Assembly (NCBI RefSeq): GCF_032444005.1
Contig: NC_091288.1
Coordinates: 203,422,001-203,486,000, forward strand
Direction of reading: 5' to 3'
DNA from: Ranitomeya imitator
Lineage: Eukaryota
DNA: 64,000 bases
The position numbers and the translations under genes were made by a program. This document shows positions 16,062-31,000 of the stretch, piece by piece. Position 1 is the first letter of the stretch. Each line of letters opens with the position of its first letter. The notes below the pieces were generated by a model. The model made no database searches, had not been told where the DNA came from, and was given only the letters and a program-made list of their open reading frames with translations.

Positions 16062-17546
16062 GGGGGTGATGGGGACAGCAGGCATGTGTGTGCCCAGGTT
16101 ACTCACTAATGGGTAAAGGGGCACACGTCGTGCGTGGCGGTGTGTGGCACAGTGTCACTTAGGCATGTGTGGCATAAAGGACATATGTGCCCAGTGGGTG
16201 CAGCAACTGGTGTGTGTGCCACCCAGGGCACCGGTGCCTTGTGTTACGTGGTGTAGGGGGCACGGAGTGACTGGATGGCACACATGAATGGGGTAGATCT
16301 GGGTGGGCATGGTGTCTATGACAGAGGTGCAGTGTGCTGATGAGACAGAGGCCGTCTGTCTACATGTTTGTGCCACAGAGGTGTATGGCCTGGAAAGGCG
16401 GAGGAGAAGGGAAGGAGCCTAGAGCTTCCCTGTGATAGGGGTGGGTGATGGGGGGAGTAACCCAATTCCACCCCTTGTTGTCTCCTTTCATTCAGTGTTG
16501 GTGGCTTTCAGTCTGTAACCCCCTCCCTTCTTGCAGTCATTAAATGAGGGGATCAAAGGCCACTGCCATTTAACCCCTTCCCACGCATACTCAGTCCCTA
16601 CATTGACATCTCCCTGACAATCCAGCCCTTCTTAAAGGCTCCTAAAACTACAACATCCACAATGCACTGGGACAGCGGGTACACACGCCAGGTCCTGCAG
16701 TTATTGAAGGAAGCTACGTTTATCACATTTTAGCTGCATTTAGTAGCCATGGCTGTGAAAGAAAACAACGGGCCTAATATATACAATCTGTCACAGGAAA
16801 AAATGGGCCTTGTTGCCCACAGCAACCAATCACAGAACAGCTTTCATTTTTTCTCAGCACTTATGGTCATGAAAGCCGAGCTCTGATTGGTTGCCAGGAG
16901 CAACAAGGTCATCTGTTTCTACCAGACACTTTTCGCAAATGAGGCCTACGACTATATTCATAAATATAATGTCACTGTTCACATTATACTCTGGGTATAT
17001 GTTGCAGGTACACACCCAGAAGTATGCCTTGGAGCTATGCCACTGTATAGCGTCCGCCATTGGCCATAATTCTAAAAAAAACCAATTACGGTATATAGAA
17101 AACATCTATCGTGCTATAAATTGTAGTTTTGGAATTGGTAAAGATAGTTTTAGGCCTCAGATATCTGGTTTCTTTTATCTCGCACCTGAAGTAAACAGAC
17201 AGATTTTCAGCAGTGCCGAATCCAATTGTCAGCCATTTTTGTCTGACTGTCCACTTTTAGTATTAATTTTCTTATATACAAAAAAAAATGGATGCAATAT
17301 AATCTATTTCAATCCATTATATTCCCAGTTTAGAAAGAAATGGCTTATCACTTGAACGCCACTGCTACATCGCAGCATAATGCAAGTTGTTCGGGTTACA
17401 CAACCACCTGCATGGCGTCCATACCATGATAACGTCACAAACTCTGCCTCCTGCTTGTGATAGTTGCAATATGTGACCCCGTTTATTTGCTGCAATTTAG
17501 CACCCACATAATGACCTTTGTCAGCGTGACCTGTGCAGCAGCCATA

Positions 17547-18004
17547 GGCCGGCGTCACACTTAACGTATGAAAAATCGGTCCGATTTTCTCGGCCGAGAG
17601 TCGTACAAATGTTCTCTGTATGGTCATCTATGTGTAATGCGTGATTTCCTCGCACCTATGTATCTGTATGACATCCATATGACATGCGTTTGGCTTTACA
17701 TTTCTCACTGCTTTTCCCCCAATGAATTTCATGGCTCAATGGCCTGAAATGAGGAAAAGGGTTGCGTATTTCTCGCAAGTCACACTGATGGTCCGTGTGG
17801 CGTCTGATTTTTTTTTTTCTCGCACCCATAGACTTGCATTATTGAGACTCGGCCGATATACGCGTACAATCGCAGCATGCTGAATACGCCCGAGAGAAAA
17901 AAACGGTGATGGGAGCAGCCCCATAGATTAACAGTGATCCGAGTGCTATGCGATGTTTTCTCGCATAGCACTCGTCTGTATTCTACGCTAGTGTAGCCCC
18001 GGCC
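17547..18004. mobile_element. Harbinger-type palindromic MITE
   Basis: GGCCGGCGTCACACT ... AGTGTAGCCCCGGCC ends with internal inverted repeats. Confidence 0.6.
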
Positions 18005-18399
18005 GTAGGGCTCATGCGGACTACTGTATTTTCGGTCCAAGTGCAATCCGAAAAAATATTGGATCACAATTGGACCAATGTTATTCTATGGAGACGTGCA
18101 TGTCTGATTTTTTTCCTCACACTGTGACCGTCAGTGGGGGAAAAATAAAAAAATCACGTGCACAATTTGCATCCATAAATCGGATCGCACTCGGCCATGC
18201 AAGTTACTCGGCCCACATCAGAGTGCGGTGAAAACTTCACGGACTGACAGAAAGGAGAAGATGCAGAATTTTTTTTTCAAACTTATCCACATCCAAAAAA
18301 ACAAGGATCAGACTGTGATCAAACTCCTATCAGAGTGCGATTAGAGAGAAGATACGGTCGGGTGACCCTAGCCTCACACTCAGATAGAGTTTACCTTTA

Positions 18400-18616
18400 G
18401 GGTATGTGTCCACATTCAGGATTGCATCAGGATTTGGTCAGGATTTTTCATCAGTATTTGTAAGCCAAAACCAGGAGTGGGTGATAAATGCAAAAGTGGA
18501 GCATATGTTTCTATTATACTTTTCCTCTAATTGTTCCACTCCTGGTTTTGGCTTACAAATACTGATGAAAAATCCTGACCAAATCCTGATGCAATCCTGA
18601 ACGTGGACACATACCC
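18400..18616. mobile_element. Young 217-bp Harbinger-type MITE
   Basis: TTA|GGGTATGTGTCCAC(A)TTCAGGATTGCATCAGGATTTGGTCAGG ... CCTGACCAAATCCTGATGCAATCCTGAACGTGGACACATACCC|TTA; near-perfect arms with TTA duplication. Confidence 0.85.
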
Positions 18617-19264
18617 TTATGAGTATTGGTCAAAGTGGCCATTCTGCCCTTCACAGTATTGTTCTTGGTGCCGATCTTACCTGTATATATAAGGCCATGT
18701 TCATACATAGAGTAAATGCTGCATTTGCTTTTCTGCTGCATGTTTTCTACAGCATGGAAACAGGAACACATGGGCTACTCGCACAGTGAACAAGTCTGTA
18801 GGAACATGCTCACACACCACCAAGAAACTTGAAGACACAAAAGAGGTAATATACAGATGATTAGGTTTTTAAATACATCAGATAGGGATTGCATACATCA
18901 GTTAGGACTGCTCTGATATGGGTATACCTTGACGTTTGGTGGAGCAGCTTAGTATACATTTTTTGCAAAAAACGTATCAACCAAATACCCTGTTTTTTAC
19001 ATCTTTTTACTAGCACTTGCGGATTACTGTGATTTTTTGAAACTGAGTGTTTTTGGTTCTACTTTGCTCTTTTGTGTCTTCATGTTTTCTACAGCATCAG
19101 CATCGTAATACGCGATAACAATCTTCTCTGATTGCATCTTTTTAGTACAATCTTTGATTCTGTACTTGAAAATGCAACGTGTTTTTTTCCCATTTCTCCC
19201 ATAAAAGCCTATAGAGACAAAAATGCACCAAAAAAGCGGGCAGGAGTTTTCATGAGACCACAAC

Positions 19265-19533
19265 TAGTGATGGAATAACACGTTAACAGAGCATGCTCGG
19301 GTGCCGAGTGTCTTCGGCGTGCTCAAAAAACATTGCGGCTGTTCGACAGTCGCAGCACATGCAGGGATTTGGATTTCCTGTTTGTTAGGCAATCCCTGCA
19401 TGTGTTGCGTCTAACAGCCACGACACATGCAGCCTAGGGGACTCCAACATATTTTTCGAGCGCACCGAAGTCATGCGGTTAGCACTCGGGCATGCTCAGA
19501 TAATACCTTATCCGAGCACGCACGTTCATCGCT
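19265..19533. mobile_element. hAT-type MITE (TAGTGATG... family), degraded
   Basis: Shares GAGCATGCTC...CCGAGTGTCTTCGGCGTGCTC and GCATGCTCAGATAA with 37648-37868 and the truncated copy at ~34579-34660. Confidence 0.6.
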
Positions 19534-22500
19534 AATCACAACAACCCCTTTGCTTGGACACAAATAGATGCTAAGTGAGAGCATGGCCTGAATACCTTCA
19601 CATCTGTTACCTATACACCAATATATTGACATCAAGCTGCACTGGTTTTACTGGGATTGGATGTCTAGCATTACTATACCCCAAGGCTCTCCATGCAAGC
19701 GTGTGGCCTGATATAATGGGTAATTTATGGACAGTTATATTCATGAGGAAGCAGCTTTTAATACAAGGACAAAGCCGTCATCTCCATTCCCGTCTGCTTC
19801 TATAATGAATTTGTGACAGATATAGGATTTGTGTTTCATGCTAGGCGTCTTATTTTCAGATGGAAAAGGATTTATGTTCTATTAAGTCTGTGGGTGCAAA
19901 GAAATCCACGACGGCCCCATCTGTTCACCACGCCGGGGTCTTGAGGTCTCATGCAGCCTGTTGCCTGCAGGGCAATGGCCGAACAAAGGCGCCCTCCTCA
20001 CCACCCGACACGTTCTGGCTGGCTAATTACGAGGGCGGCCATTAGTAGGACTAAACCCCAGCTGTGGCCTTACATGAATATCTGATATACACGCCATGGG
20101 GAGACTTGAGATCATGTTGTGTCGGGGGCCTCGTACACTCCACACACGTGGGCATGAAACATTAAAATGTAAGAGGGTAAGAAAGGGTTTTAGGGGGATT
20201 CAGGAGAACCAGAACCCCCTTATATTAGTACATTACTTTATTCGTCGTTGTCCTGGCGAAAAAATAAAATCGTTATGAACTCGGCATTCAACAAATGTGG
20301 CTTCGTAGATGTGAAGATTAAGGGGGTGGTAGGGAATTCCATAAAAGAATGGCAAAAATGGATAAAAGCCCTGGAGGCGTCTGAATGAGTAAGAATAGTG
20401 GGTCATTGTTGGAAGAGTGTAGGAAGGTATGTGTTTTCTTTTTAATTTTTTTATATCAGTAGTGCCATGATATTAGCGTATATGGAAAATACAGATATTT
20501 TATGGCCCGCGGCCTAACAAGGACCGGAGGTGGCTTTGTGCACAGAGTTTGGCCATATAGGAGGCGCGGAGCAACCACATATACATAATAAAGATCATTT
20601 CTTGGATAAACATAGCTGAGAAAACTAAACTACTGTATGTCCCCTAAATGACTATCTGATTAGCTTAAAATTGAGTTTTTGAGGTGACGGAGTCCCTTTA
20701 AGTCAATCTCCGAACTCACTTCTATAAAAGAAAATGTATTTTACACCAGTAGAAGTCCGTGGAATATCAATTTTTATAATGTATGAACAGATGAGAGTCG
20801 ATTGATAGAGAAATATAAAAAAAAAAGTTAATTCTAAGCTACATATGAATAGTTAGCACTAGTGCAGCTCCTCGGGGGCGGGGCATTATATGGATTACCT
20901 CCTGGGGGGTGCTTAAATCCTTGTCATGCTCCACCCCCTCAAACTCTGCAAATGGAAAACCACATTGTAAGTGTTGCCTGGAGTGTTTCTTTATTGGAAA
21001 GCTCAAAATTATATATATTTTTACAATCTTCAAAAGGAATTTGTAATTAAAACACATACAAAATGGACAAATGCTCTATGTGCAATTACTTAAAAAAAAT
21101 AAAAAAAACATACACAACAGCCAGCATTATTTTACACAGGAATTTTAATTTATTTAGAAAAAAATATATATCATGTTTTCACAGTCGGATAGTTCAGCCC
21201 TATACCATTCATGGGTGCTGAGCAGGAGCAGCCGTGATTGCTGGAAAAGAAGAGAACAGTCCTGGTTCAAACTCAGTCGTTTGAGCTTTTGCTAATATTC
21301 TATAGAGCGGAGGTAGGCAATGTGCGATATAGTTGGCTCTCTGGCAGTTGTTGCACTACACGGCTCAGCATTCCCTCCTATGTATGTGGCTGGTCGGGCA
21401 TTTTGGACGTGTAGACACAAATCAGCTGGAGAGACTCAGTTCACCCAGGCCTGATATGAACGCTGCATAAATATCTCCTGACGCATGAAAGGCTATAAAA
21501 ACAAGAAAAAAAAAAAAAAAAACAACAAAAGAATTGAGGGGATGGAATGTGAACGCCTACGTCGCAGCGCCTTAAAGGGCTACTAACCCGATATCCAGAG
21601 CTACTGATATAAGACACACGGATGTAAATGTATCTGGAGATATGGAAGATAAAGTCGCGATCCGCATGACGGAGGACCGCTGCAGCTGAAATGGCTGATA
21701 ACAGGGAACAATAGATACATAAAATGAACAGCAATTGGAAACCAATAGCCTCAGATGTACTGTCACTTTACATTGTTGCAGACCTTCTAGCACCCCTTTA
21801 ACAAAGCACCATTTATCGCCAATGTAATAAGAACACCAGATTGGTTCTCTGCTGATTTGGCCATTAGGTAACATGGAGGAAAGGGGTGGGGACCTCCGGA
21901 AAAAAAAAAAAAAAATTGCACCACTTCTGTACAATAAAAAAAAAAAAAAAAAAAAAGGTTCATGATGTGTAGACATGACGGACAATTGCGGATTAAGCAA
22001 TAGATAACGGGTAGCGTGTGGAAGGTGGGAAAATTTGGAGTACGCCGTCACTCAGGGCATGCTGGGACTAGTAGTTTCCAAACACCCAGATAGTCTGCAG
22101 AGTTCAGGGCATGCTGGGAGGTGTAATTCTGCAGCAGTCTGAGGTTGCTAGAAGTCATTAGTGTTTTCAACCCTACTTAGGAGTGTCTGGCAGCGGCTTA
22201 TTTCTCCCACAACAGACGGAAACGACGATGGAGGAGCAGTAAAAGAGAACTAGTCTGAGCAGGCGGCATACATGTACAAAATAATGAGGACTTCCCCTTT
22301 AAGAAGGCGCAGTATATCTAGAATGGGAATAGGGCGACGGCAGATATTTTACATAGTATGAATAAAGCCGAGAACCGCAATATACGATACTGGGCATGCT
22401 GGGAGTTGTAGTTTTGCAGCAGCTAGAATGCCGCTGGCTGCCTAAAATAAAAAGAACATCACTTTCTCTGCCCAAAATAACCAGATTCCAGTAACCTGAT

Positions 22501-25052
22501 TGGCTCATATCCACACCATCTCCTTTTCTTGATGACCTTAATATTAGCTGAACCTGCAGATTTCGAGAATAAAACAATACGTTTTATCCTGACTGTGATT
22601 GAACCTATAGGTGTTGCCTATCGTTTTTTGATTTTAGGCTATAAATCATTTCTTTTCCTATTGGGCTTCATAAAAACTGTTGCACATTTGGCTTTTTACA
22701 GGCTCTTTGCTCGTCTGCGCATTCACTGTTATGATCTGTAGTCGTACGTCAGCCGAGAGCTCAGAAAAAAGACAAAAGTTATAAATTCTCCTCAGCGACT
22801 GTCCCAACGAGCTCACTGACAGATTCTCAGTTAACTCATTCTGCAGACACCATGTCAGTACATTATCAAAGCTATAAAAGGCAAAAAAAAAGTGCAAGAT
22901 TTATAATGAAAAATTATTTTCAAGCTGAAGAAATGTATAGATTTGATTCCTAGGGACACACAGGCAACGTTGTTGTGCTTTATAAAGATGGCTGCCTTTG
23001 GTACTAGGCGCAGAACGATTTCCCCTTAATAACATTCTTCATTTATCCATCACCGACTGCACTTTCATTCATACCCTGAGCCAAGGAAAGAGTACGGTTA
23101 ATAAACCCAGAAAAAACAACAGTACACGAGCGCTGGGGACATAAAAATGGAAGACCCTGTGTATTAGTGACTGGCGGGGGGCGGACAGTGGATTTTATAG
23201 CCCGGTGATGCCAGATTTCTCAGTAATACTGGAGTGTTTCTCACCCCCAGTAAATTGCTTCATAGACGAGCAACACGGGCACTAAACGATGCAGAGGACG
23301 GGAGGAGAATTAGACTACGGGATGATGCGACCGAGCGCCTCCATATGGCGACTTCTGCACACAACTTATTTTCTGCTTCTAAAGGTTTTACAACTTTAAT
23401 ACTTATACATTAAGGTTCTATAACGTTCTAAAAAAATACTTTAAATTATAATTTTCAGCCATTTTTAAGATCTTTGCTTGTGGACAGTGAATGGGAAGAT
23501 TGCAGTGAACGTACAGAAACTTATTAAAAAAAAAAAAACCTGTCCTGATCACGTACCACCGGTGCAAAAAGAATCGGTAGGAAGGAATCAGGATGGGATT
23601 TTGGCCGCTGGATGGTTCTCATGGCTGAGAGCAAGCAGACAGTTTGAAAAAGTTCTAGGGAACTGCAAATTAGTAAGTGGCAGAGCTCTTCGGCAAGTTG
23701 CAGAACTTGTAATTCTATGATAACTGTCGGCTAAACATTTGCAGACTGATATTTCTACCTACCCCCCATAAATAAGTGATGTCTTCAACGGGGAGTGGAG
23801 AAAGAGGATGCTTAGACACATCTGGTCATCTCTCCCTGTCCAATTCTTCCTTCTCAACCCGAAATCATCTGTCAGGGAAGTCCCACCGCAATGTGGGGGT
23901 TCGACTCGCTCATTAATATGTATTGGGGCTTTTATATACATATGAAAACCCTTTAACGGGACCCGGCCCCAATATTACATGACGGCAGCATCGTTTCCAT
24001 TCACTTCTATGGGATGAAACGCCCACAAGTGATTGCAGGTGCAAATGTTGCATTCAGCCGCGATGATTCACGTGCATCGAGTTACTCGCACTTATGACCG
24101 TGACCATCACATTGTGACATGTTTAGTCCCCGACTACCCCAGGCCTCGGCTTCCTACTCTGTAATGTGATCGCAAGTTTCCTATATCTGACACGAGGGGA
24201 AAAGAATCTATTAATGCTGCTATGATCCAGCGAGCATTCTCAGGAGTCTATAATAACACAAAAAAAGGATCAATTACAGCCTCAAACATATCGCTCTGTG
24301 CTACAGGATCAGATCACAAACATGTCATCCCTTAGTTATCCCCCCCTGGAAATGCGTAAGCCCAGATATCCGCAGCGTGTGTGTCCTATCAATAAGGTGG
24401 CAGTCCGATCTGGTTGTGGATGTTTATTTCATTGCTTATAGAGACGATCGTCATCCAAAATACGCTGAGGTAGAATTCTGAATTTTTTTTTGATTTTGGG
24501 GTCCCGCTGCCATTCTGGCCTCTGCCAGCAGCCATGGAAAATGAAGCAATGATGGAAGTGACTGGCGCTCAGTGTAAGCGCAGACCCATTAACGTCTCTC
24601 ACTGCTAATTGTGGGTTCTCTGGTTAGTAAAAAAGGATTCTGAGAAAGGCTCCATGCATGTCCCTGCCGCCAGGGAGTGTAAAAACATTATATACAGCAT
24701 GATACAGAAGAGTTGTCAGGCATTAGAATAAAAAGTAAGGTGTCAGTTATCATATACTCATTTATAAATAAAGGAAAGAGGGGGTTCCTTTAGCAGAGCG
24801 CGCAATCTGCCGCTCTCGGAGGGGGGCAGACTTGAGAGGCACGGCCATCATGCAGTGTTTAACCCTTGAAAAACAAAGTTCGGATGGTTGGGTAGTGACT
24901 GAGCAATAGATGAGTGACCATTTCCAGGGTCATCGCTCCTGACACCACACTATGGCCCCCCATGTTTGTGCCGATGTCGCCTCGCTCGGCTCTCCATCCA
25001 CGTCGTAGGGTTTATTACCATTAGCAGCCTTACGTTCTCCTGGTCACCGTGG

Positions 25053-28000
25053 CTAGGAAATCTTACAGTTGCTTCGTGAGCAGTTCTGAGGGGGGCTCTG
25101 GGGTGGCCGAATGGACTTTGACCGTTTGAGGCTGTTGCCTTTACTTCCCCCTCCGCTCCCGGCAGCTCCACCGCTGCTGCCAGCTACAGAGTAGGATCGT
25201 CCGTGCATCATCACAGCGTTCATCCCGTTGGCCATTGAAAAGGATTTCAGGTGGCTCTTGATGGCGACTGGAAGGGGAAGCTTATCGATGAGATGTACAG
25301 GGGTGCAGGAGACAATCGCCCGGCAACAGAGATCCTGCAAGCTGAATACTAGGGGGAAAAAAAAAAAAAAAAAAAATCAGAAAGTTATTACAACTTGGAC
25401 CAACCTTAAAAGGATCAGGCATGCTCCATTTCAACATACCCAACCTTTTTCCCAGGTAACACTTACCTCGGTTTGGTCTCCAGATCTTCTCCATCCCATG
25501 CCTCATCAGCACTATCCGGGACAATTCAGTGAAGGACTCGGTCACGTTGAAATTACAGAGCGGGCTGACCTCAAAAAACGTCATCCCGTTCTTCTCGGCA
25601 TAGGCCCGGGCCTGCTCCGTGGGCACTTGCCTTTTAAAAGCCAAATGGAGTCTATTCCCCACCAATATACGGGGGACGCCTGGGGCATGCTGGAGACAGA
25701 AAATTGCATTTTAAAAATGGATAATTGCAAACATCAACGGGGAAATAACCAGTTCATCCATTCTACCCCATTACATTTACCATCAGGGGACAGTAGGGAG
25801 ATGCCCCATACAATCGACTTTACCACAAGGACTTGAGTGTAGGCCAGCTTTAAAAAACCATGGCACCGCCTTTCCCANNNNNNNNNNNNNNNNNNNNNNN
25901 NNNNNNNNNNNNNNNNNNNNNNNNNNNNNNNNNNNNNNNNNNNNNNNNNNNNNNNNNNNNNNNNNNNNNNNNNNNNNNNNNNNNNNNNNNNNNNNNNNNN
26001 NNNNNNNNNNNNNNNNNNNNNNNNNNNNNNNNNNNNNNNNNNNNNNNNNNNNNNNNNNNNNNNNNNNNNNNNCCAAAATATAAAACCATAAACCCCAAAA
26101 GAGTGTCAATGAAAAGTTACATTTAAAAAAAGCCCTCACACAGCTTTGTACAGCTTCGTGGAACAAAAAATAAATAAAAACAAACAATTCTGGGTCTTGA
26201 AAAATGGTGACAAAATCCATTTTTTTCCAAGCTTAAAATAATTTTTAACCACAGCAACATACTTTATACATGTTTAGTTTAGATGCAATCGTAGTGGCAT
26301 GAAGTGTCATGTTGCCGGGTCATCGGACACCTGATGAAGAACCCATTAGAGAAACACGTACCTCATCGATCTCTTTGATCCATCGGTCTATTCCATCGAA
26401 GGACCACCGATTGGTGATATCATAAACCAGGAGGATTCCCTGCGAGAGGAGATCTCAGAATGAATGTCTGTGAGTGATCAGAGGGCTTTCTAGGGAATCT
26501 AGTCCTCCGATTGTTCCTGCACCCCTTTATTAATAATTAATTTATACAAAGATAGATTACGGTGTTGGAGTTGGCCAGAACTACATGTAAATGGATGGGG
26601 CAAATACAACGCAGTAAATGTCCCATAATCAGCGTCAGGACGTGAAGACTTAATTACCTGAGCTCCTCTGGAGTAAGAACGAAAGATGGTGCAAAACCTC
26701 CCCTGTCCAGAAGTGTCCCTGCAAAGAAAACCACAAGAGGTGAACGGGGAATAGAAGGGTCTCCATCATCCACACGTTATAGACAGGGGCACGACTCAAT
26801 TAACAAGTAGGTGGCTTTATATTTGGTAAGATACAGCGGTACTTGGAAGTTTGTGAAACCCTTAAGAATTTTTTTATATATTCATGCCAAAAATTTACAT
26901 AAAACAAGTACTAAAAGAAGATAAAAGAACCAAACAAATGAGTCAAAACTATTAGACTTGTCTTTTTTTTTAATGAGGAAAATGATCCAATATCATGTGA
27001 GGGGTATGTGAACCGTTAGGATTATTAGATAATATGAAGGTGATATTATACTGTGATGTTTTCAATCAATGGGATGTCGATCAGGTGTGAGTGGGCGACC
27101 TGTTTTAATTTCAAGAACAAGGATCTATCAAAGTCTGAAGTTCACAACATGTTGGTGGAAGTATTATGGCACGGACAAAGAAGATTTTTGAGGACCTCAG
27201 AAGAAGAGTTGTTGATGCTCCTTAGGATGGAAAATTTACAAAACCATCTTAAAAGAGTTTGGACTCCATTAATCCATAGTCGGAGAGATTGTGTTCAAAT
27301 AGAGGAAATTCAAGACCATGATTACGCTTCCTAGGAGTGGTCGACCAACAAAGATCACTCCAAAATCAAGACGTATAATGGCCTATGAGATTACCAAGGA
27401 ACCCAAGGTAACCTCTAAGCAACTAAAGGCCTATCTTAAATTAGTGTTGATGTTCATAGTCTACTACGTCTGAGTATTCACCTTCAGTAGGCATATATCC
27501 CGAAAATGATGCATGTGAGAATGCACATCCATTCTGTCGGCACCATTATAGTTTATGGCACCATTGATGCATAAACCCAAAACCCGCTTTTGTAAGGAGG
27601 AGGGACGTGTAACAAAATGCAACCTGAAAGCACCCTTACTGTTTCAGGAGAACTTGTAGCAGAATGTGTGTAGCCTCACTGCATATTTAAAATGACAGTT
27701 ACACTTTAAAGAAACATAAAGGGTAAAGGGAGGAATGGACTAGTAACTAGTATTCCTCCATCCGATGTGCAGGACTGATAATTACCATAGAAGTTTAGAT
27801 GCAGTTATTGCTGCACAAGGGGTAACACCGCATACTGAGAGCAAAGGTTCACATACTTTTGCAGCTCACAGGACATGTGATATTAGATTATTACAAGTTT
27901 TATATTTTGACTCAATTATTTGATTTGGTTCTTCATCTACTTTTACTGTGAAAATCTGATGTAGTGTTGGATCAAATTTATGCAGATATATGAAAAATTC

Positions 28001-31000
28001 TGAAGGGCTCACAAACTTTCAAGCATCACGGTACGTCAAAATCATCTGACCAAAAGTGAACGTCCTAAACATGAACGCTTGGTTTGGGTGAGCGTGCAGG
28101 TGTTTCTCGAGGGAGAGTAACAAGTAAGCTGCCTGACATCTCCGATGGCAGATTATCTCCCCAGAGAACAAAAGAATCAGGCATGTTCAATTTCAATATG
28201 CCCAACCTTTTCACCAACATCTGCCATCAGGGAAGAGTCAGGTCTCCCCCATCATATTAGATGATTGTCTTTTTCTCTTACCAAAGCTCAAGCTTGACTC
28301 GTCGGCCGTCTAGGAGGATGGTAGTGGTTTTGTAATCAATACCTGAAATGTAAAAAAAAAAACGCAGTCAGTGCGTAGAAGGATTGTTTCCTCTTCAGAC
28401 ATTTCTTCAATTAAAGGGAACCTGCCACCCCCAAAAGCGAAGGTGAGCTAAGCCCACCAGCATCAGGGGCTTATCTACAGCATTCTGCAATGCATTCTGT
28501 AATGCTGTAGATAAGCCCCGATGTATCCTGAAACATGAGAAAAAGAGGTTAGATTATACTCAACCAGGGGCGGTCCGATGGGCGTCGCGGTCCGGGGCCT
28601 CCCATCTTCTTACGATGACATACTCTTGTGTTCACGCTGCGGCTCCGGCGTACTTTGTCTGCCCCCGGCCTCTCTGACCTTTCCCGGCAGGGCAGACAGA
28701 GTATACCTGTGCAGGAGCCGCAGCGTGAAGACAAGAAGAGGACGTCATCGTAAGAAGATGGGAGGCCCCGGACCGCGACGCCCATCGGACCAGAACAGAA
28801 CCGGGACCTCCCCTGGGTGAGTATAATCTAACCTTTTTCTCATATTTCAGGATACATCGGGGGCTTATCTAAAGCATTACAGAAAGCTGTAGATAAGCCC
28901 CTGATGCTGGTGGGCTTAGCTCACCTTCGATTTTGGGGGTGACAGGTTCCCTTTAAAGAGATCATGAATTAAAGTGACCTCTTACTCCAAGACTGAAAAG
29001 TAACTATTCATATATCATGCATCATCACCCTCACCTGGAGCCCCATCGCCCTCACCTGCTGCCCCATCCCCCTCACCTGCTGCCCCATCCCCATCACCTG
29101 CTGCCCCATCCCCCTCACCTGCTGCCCCATCCCCCTCACCTGCTGCCCCATCCCCCTCACCTGCTGCCCCATCCCCCTCACCTGCTGCCCCATCCCCATC
29201 ACCTGCTGCCCCATCCCCCTCACCTGCTGCCCCATCCCCATCACCTGCTGCCCCATCCCCCTCACCTGCTGCCCCATCCCCCTCACCTGCTGCCCCATCC
29301 CCATCACCTGCTGCCCCATCCCCCTCACCTGCTGCCCCATCCCCATCACCTGCTGCCCCATCCCCATCACCTGCTGCCCCATCCCCCTCACCTGCTGCCC
29401 CATCCCCCTCACCTGCTGCCCCATCCCCATCACCTGCTGCCCCATCCCCATCACCTGCTGCCCCATCCCCCTCACCTGCTGCCCCATCCCCCTCACCTGC
29501 TGCCCCATCCCCATCACCTGCTGCCCCATCCCCCTCACCTGCTGCCCCATCCCCCTCACCTGCTGAACTCTTTTTCGCTCCCGCTGCCTCCTCCGCTCAG
29601 ATCATTGGTCCATTCTTCTCCCACAACATGGTGGGGTGCAGTGGTATGCCTAAACTATGGTACGTTTCCCCCTGCCTTTCATGTGTTGTGTGATCCGAAA
29701 GGCAGGGGAGGCGCAGTTTAGACTGATCACTGTACACTTACACCACTGAAGTGGCCATTTTGGAAAATGGAGGAATGGCGCGCCGATCAGGTCAGAGGAG
29801 GGAAAGTGCAGTCACCAGGTAAGGACTAACGACCTCTTACAATCTGTGCAATCTTTGAGACCCCCATAACCTTTTGCTCAATCGTATAGGGATAGACGTG
29901 ACCAGTCCCATGACGGTCCCTGCCTTGATCCACTTGATTGACAGGTATCTCCCCATGTGTCAAAGGAATCGGGGAGGGGAGAGGCCATCTGGGGAGGGGG
30001 TCCGCATTGGACTGCCTGTTTTTTTTCTCAAATCCCGCAATGGTGCGGTCGGGCTCCGATTCTAATCCAATGGCCGTTCACCTATTAAAGGGTCTGTAAA
30101 TTTAGGCAACTGCGTCCTATAAACGGAATCAGGATGGGAGGTGTCCGTCATTTATAAGTCGCCTGCAGCGCACATTTCAGCCCTATTTTGTGGCTCGGCT
30201 GCAGTCTCCTCCACGCTCAGCATTTCTCTGCTCTGTACTTTTCATGTTATGTAAATTATTGATCAGTCAGATCTCGAAGATGAAGGCAAAGCGATGATTC
30301 CTGCTATTAATAAACGCCGTCCGTCACGCGAGCGCAATCCTTTTCCTACATTATGGTCGTCATCAATTATTTAATGAGAACAAACAGTTCGGAAAGAGCG
30401 AGCGGCCGGGGGGACGTTACAGAAAAACCGCACGCTCTGACGTGCGTGCTGCAGGGTGATTATCCCGCCTGATGGATTCCGATATCATGAAGCCATTAGT
30501 TTAGGGGAATCAGTCAGGATGTACCTTCACATTCACATATACGTCTCTTGCTCCAGAATTTAGGAGAAGTGGCCCTACAGCCGGGCTCAGGATCAGGTCA
30601 CCGTGTGTCACCAGACCCCTGCTGACAAGCGCGGCAGGAAGGGTCTCGTACAATGAGCTACGGTTTTTCTGCTCAGCATTTTGAGAGGTGGTTTTTAGTG
30701 GAGTTTTATTGTGCACCTGCAGTGTAATAAATGGGAAGGGGCCTGTCCCTTTAACCCTTAATGACCTGTGAGGTTTAATTTCGGGGCGGGCTCAGGAGCT
30801 GAGCGAACGTCATACAAGGCAGGTGTCATCTGTGCTGTACAGCCAGCACCTGCCTCTATCAGCGCTCGCTCTGATCTCTGCTCTGTAACCATTTAAATGC
30901 CGCTCACGGTGTTCCTTAAAAACCTGTCGCATGTCTGGCGCCCATTGGCTGGCCCCCCGTGATGAAATCGTGGATTGCAGATGGGACAGCATTGCATCTG

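Noticed and set aside
25110-25185. Gly/Ser-rich insertion ([12 protein letters not shown]) in the RAB40C tail
   Set aside because: Ordinary low-complexity length variation in the Rab hypervariable region.
26320-26362. CTGATGA...GAAAC resembling a hammerhead core
   Set aside because: No stem II and no GTC/GTH triplet with stem I pairing; it overlaps the RAB40C exon 4 donor.
29008-29721. His/Pro-rich (HLLPHPP)n ORF
   Set aside because: Artefact of a 21-bp intronic minisatellite.
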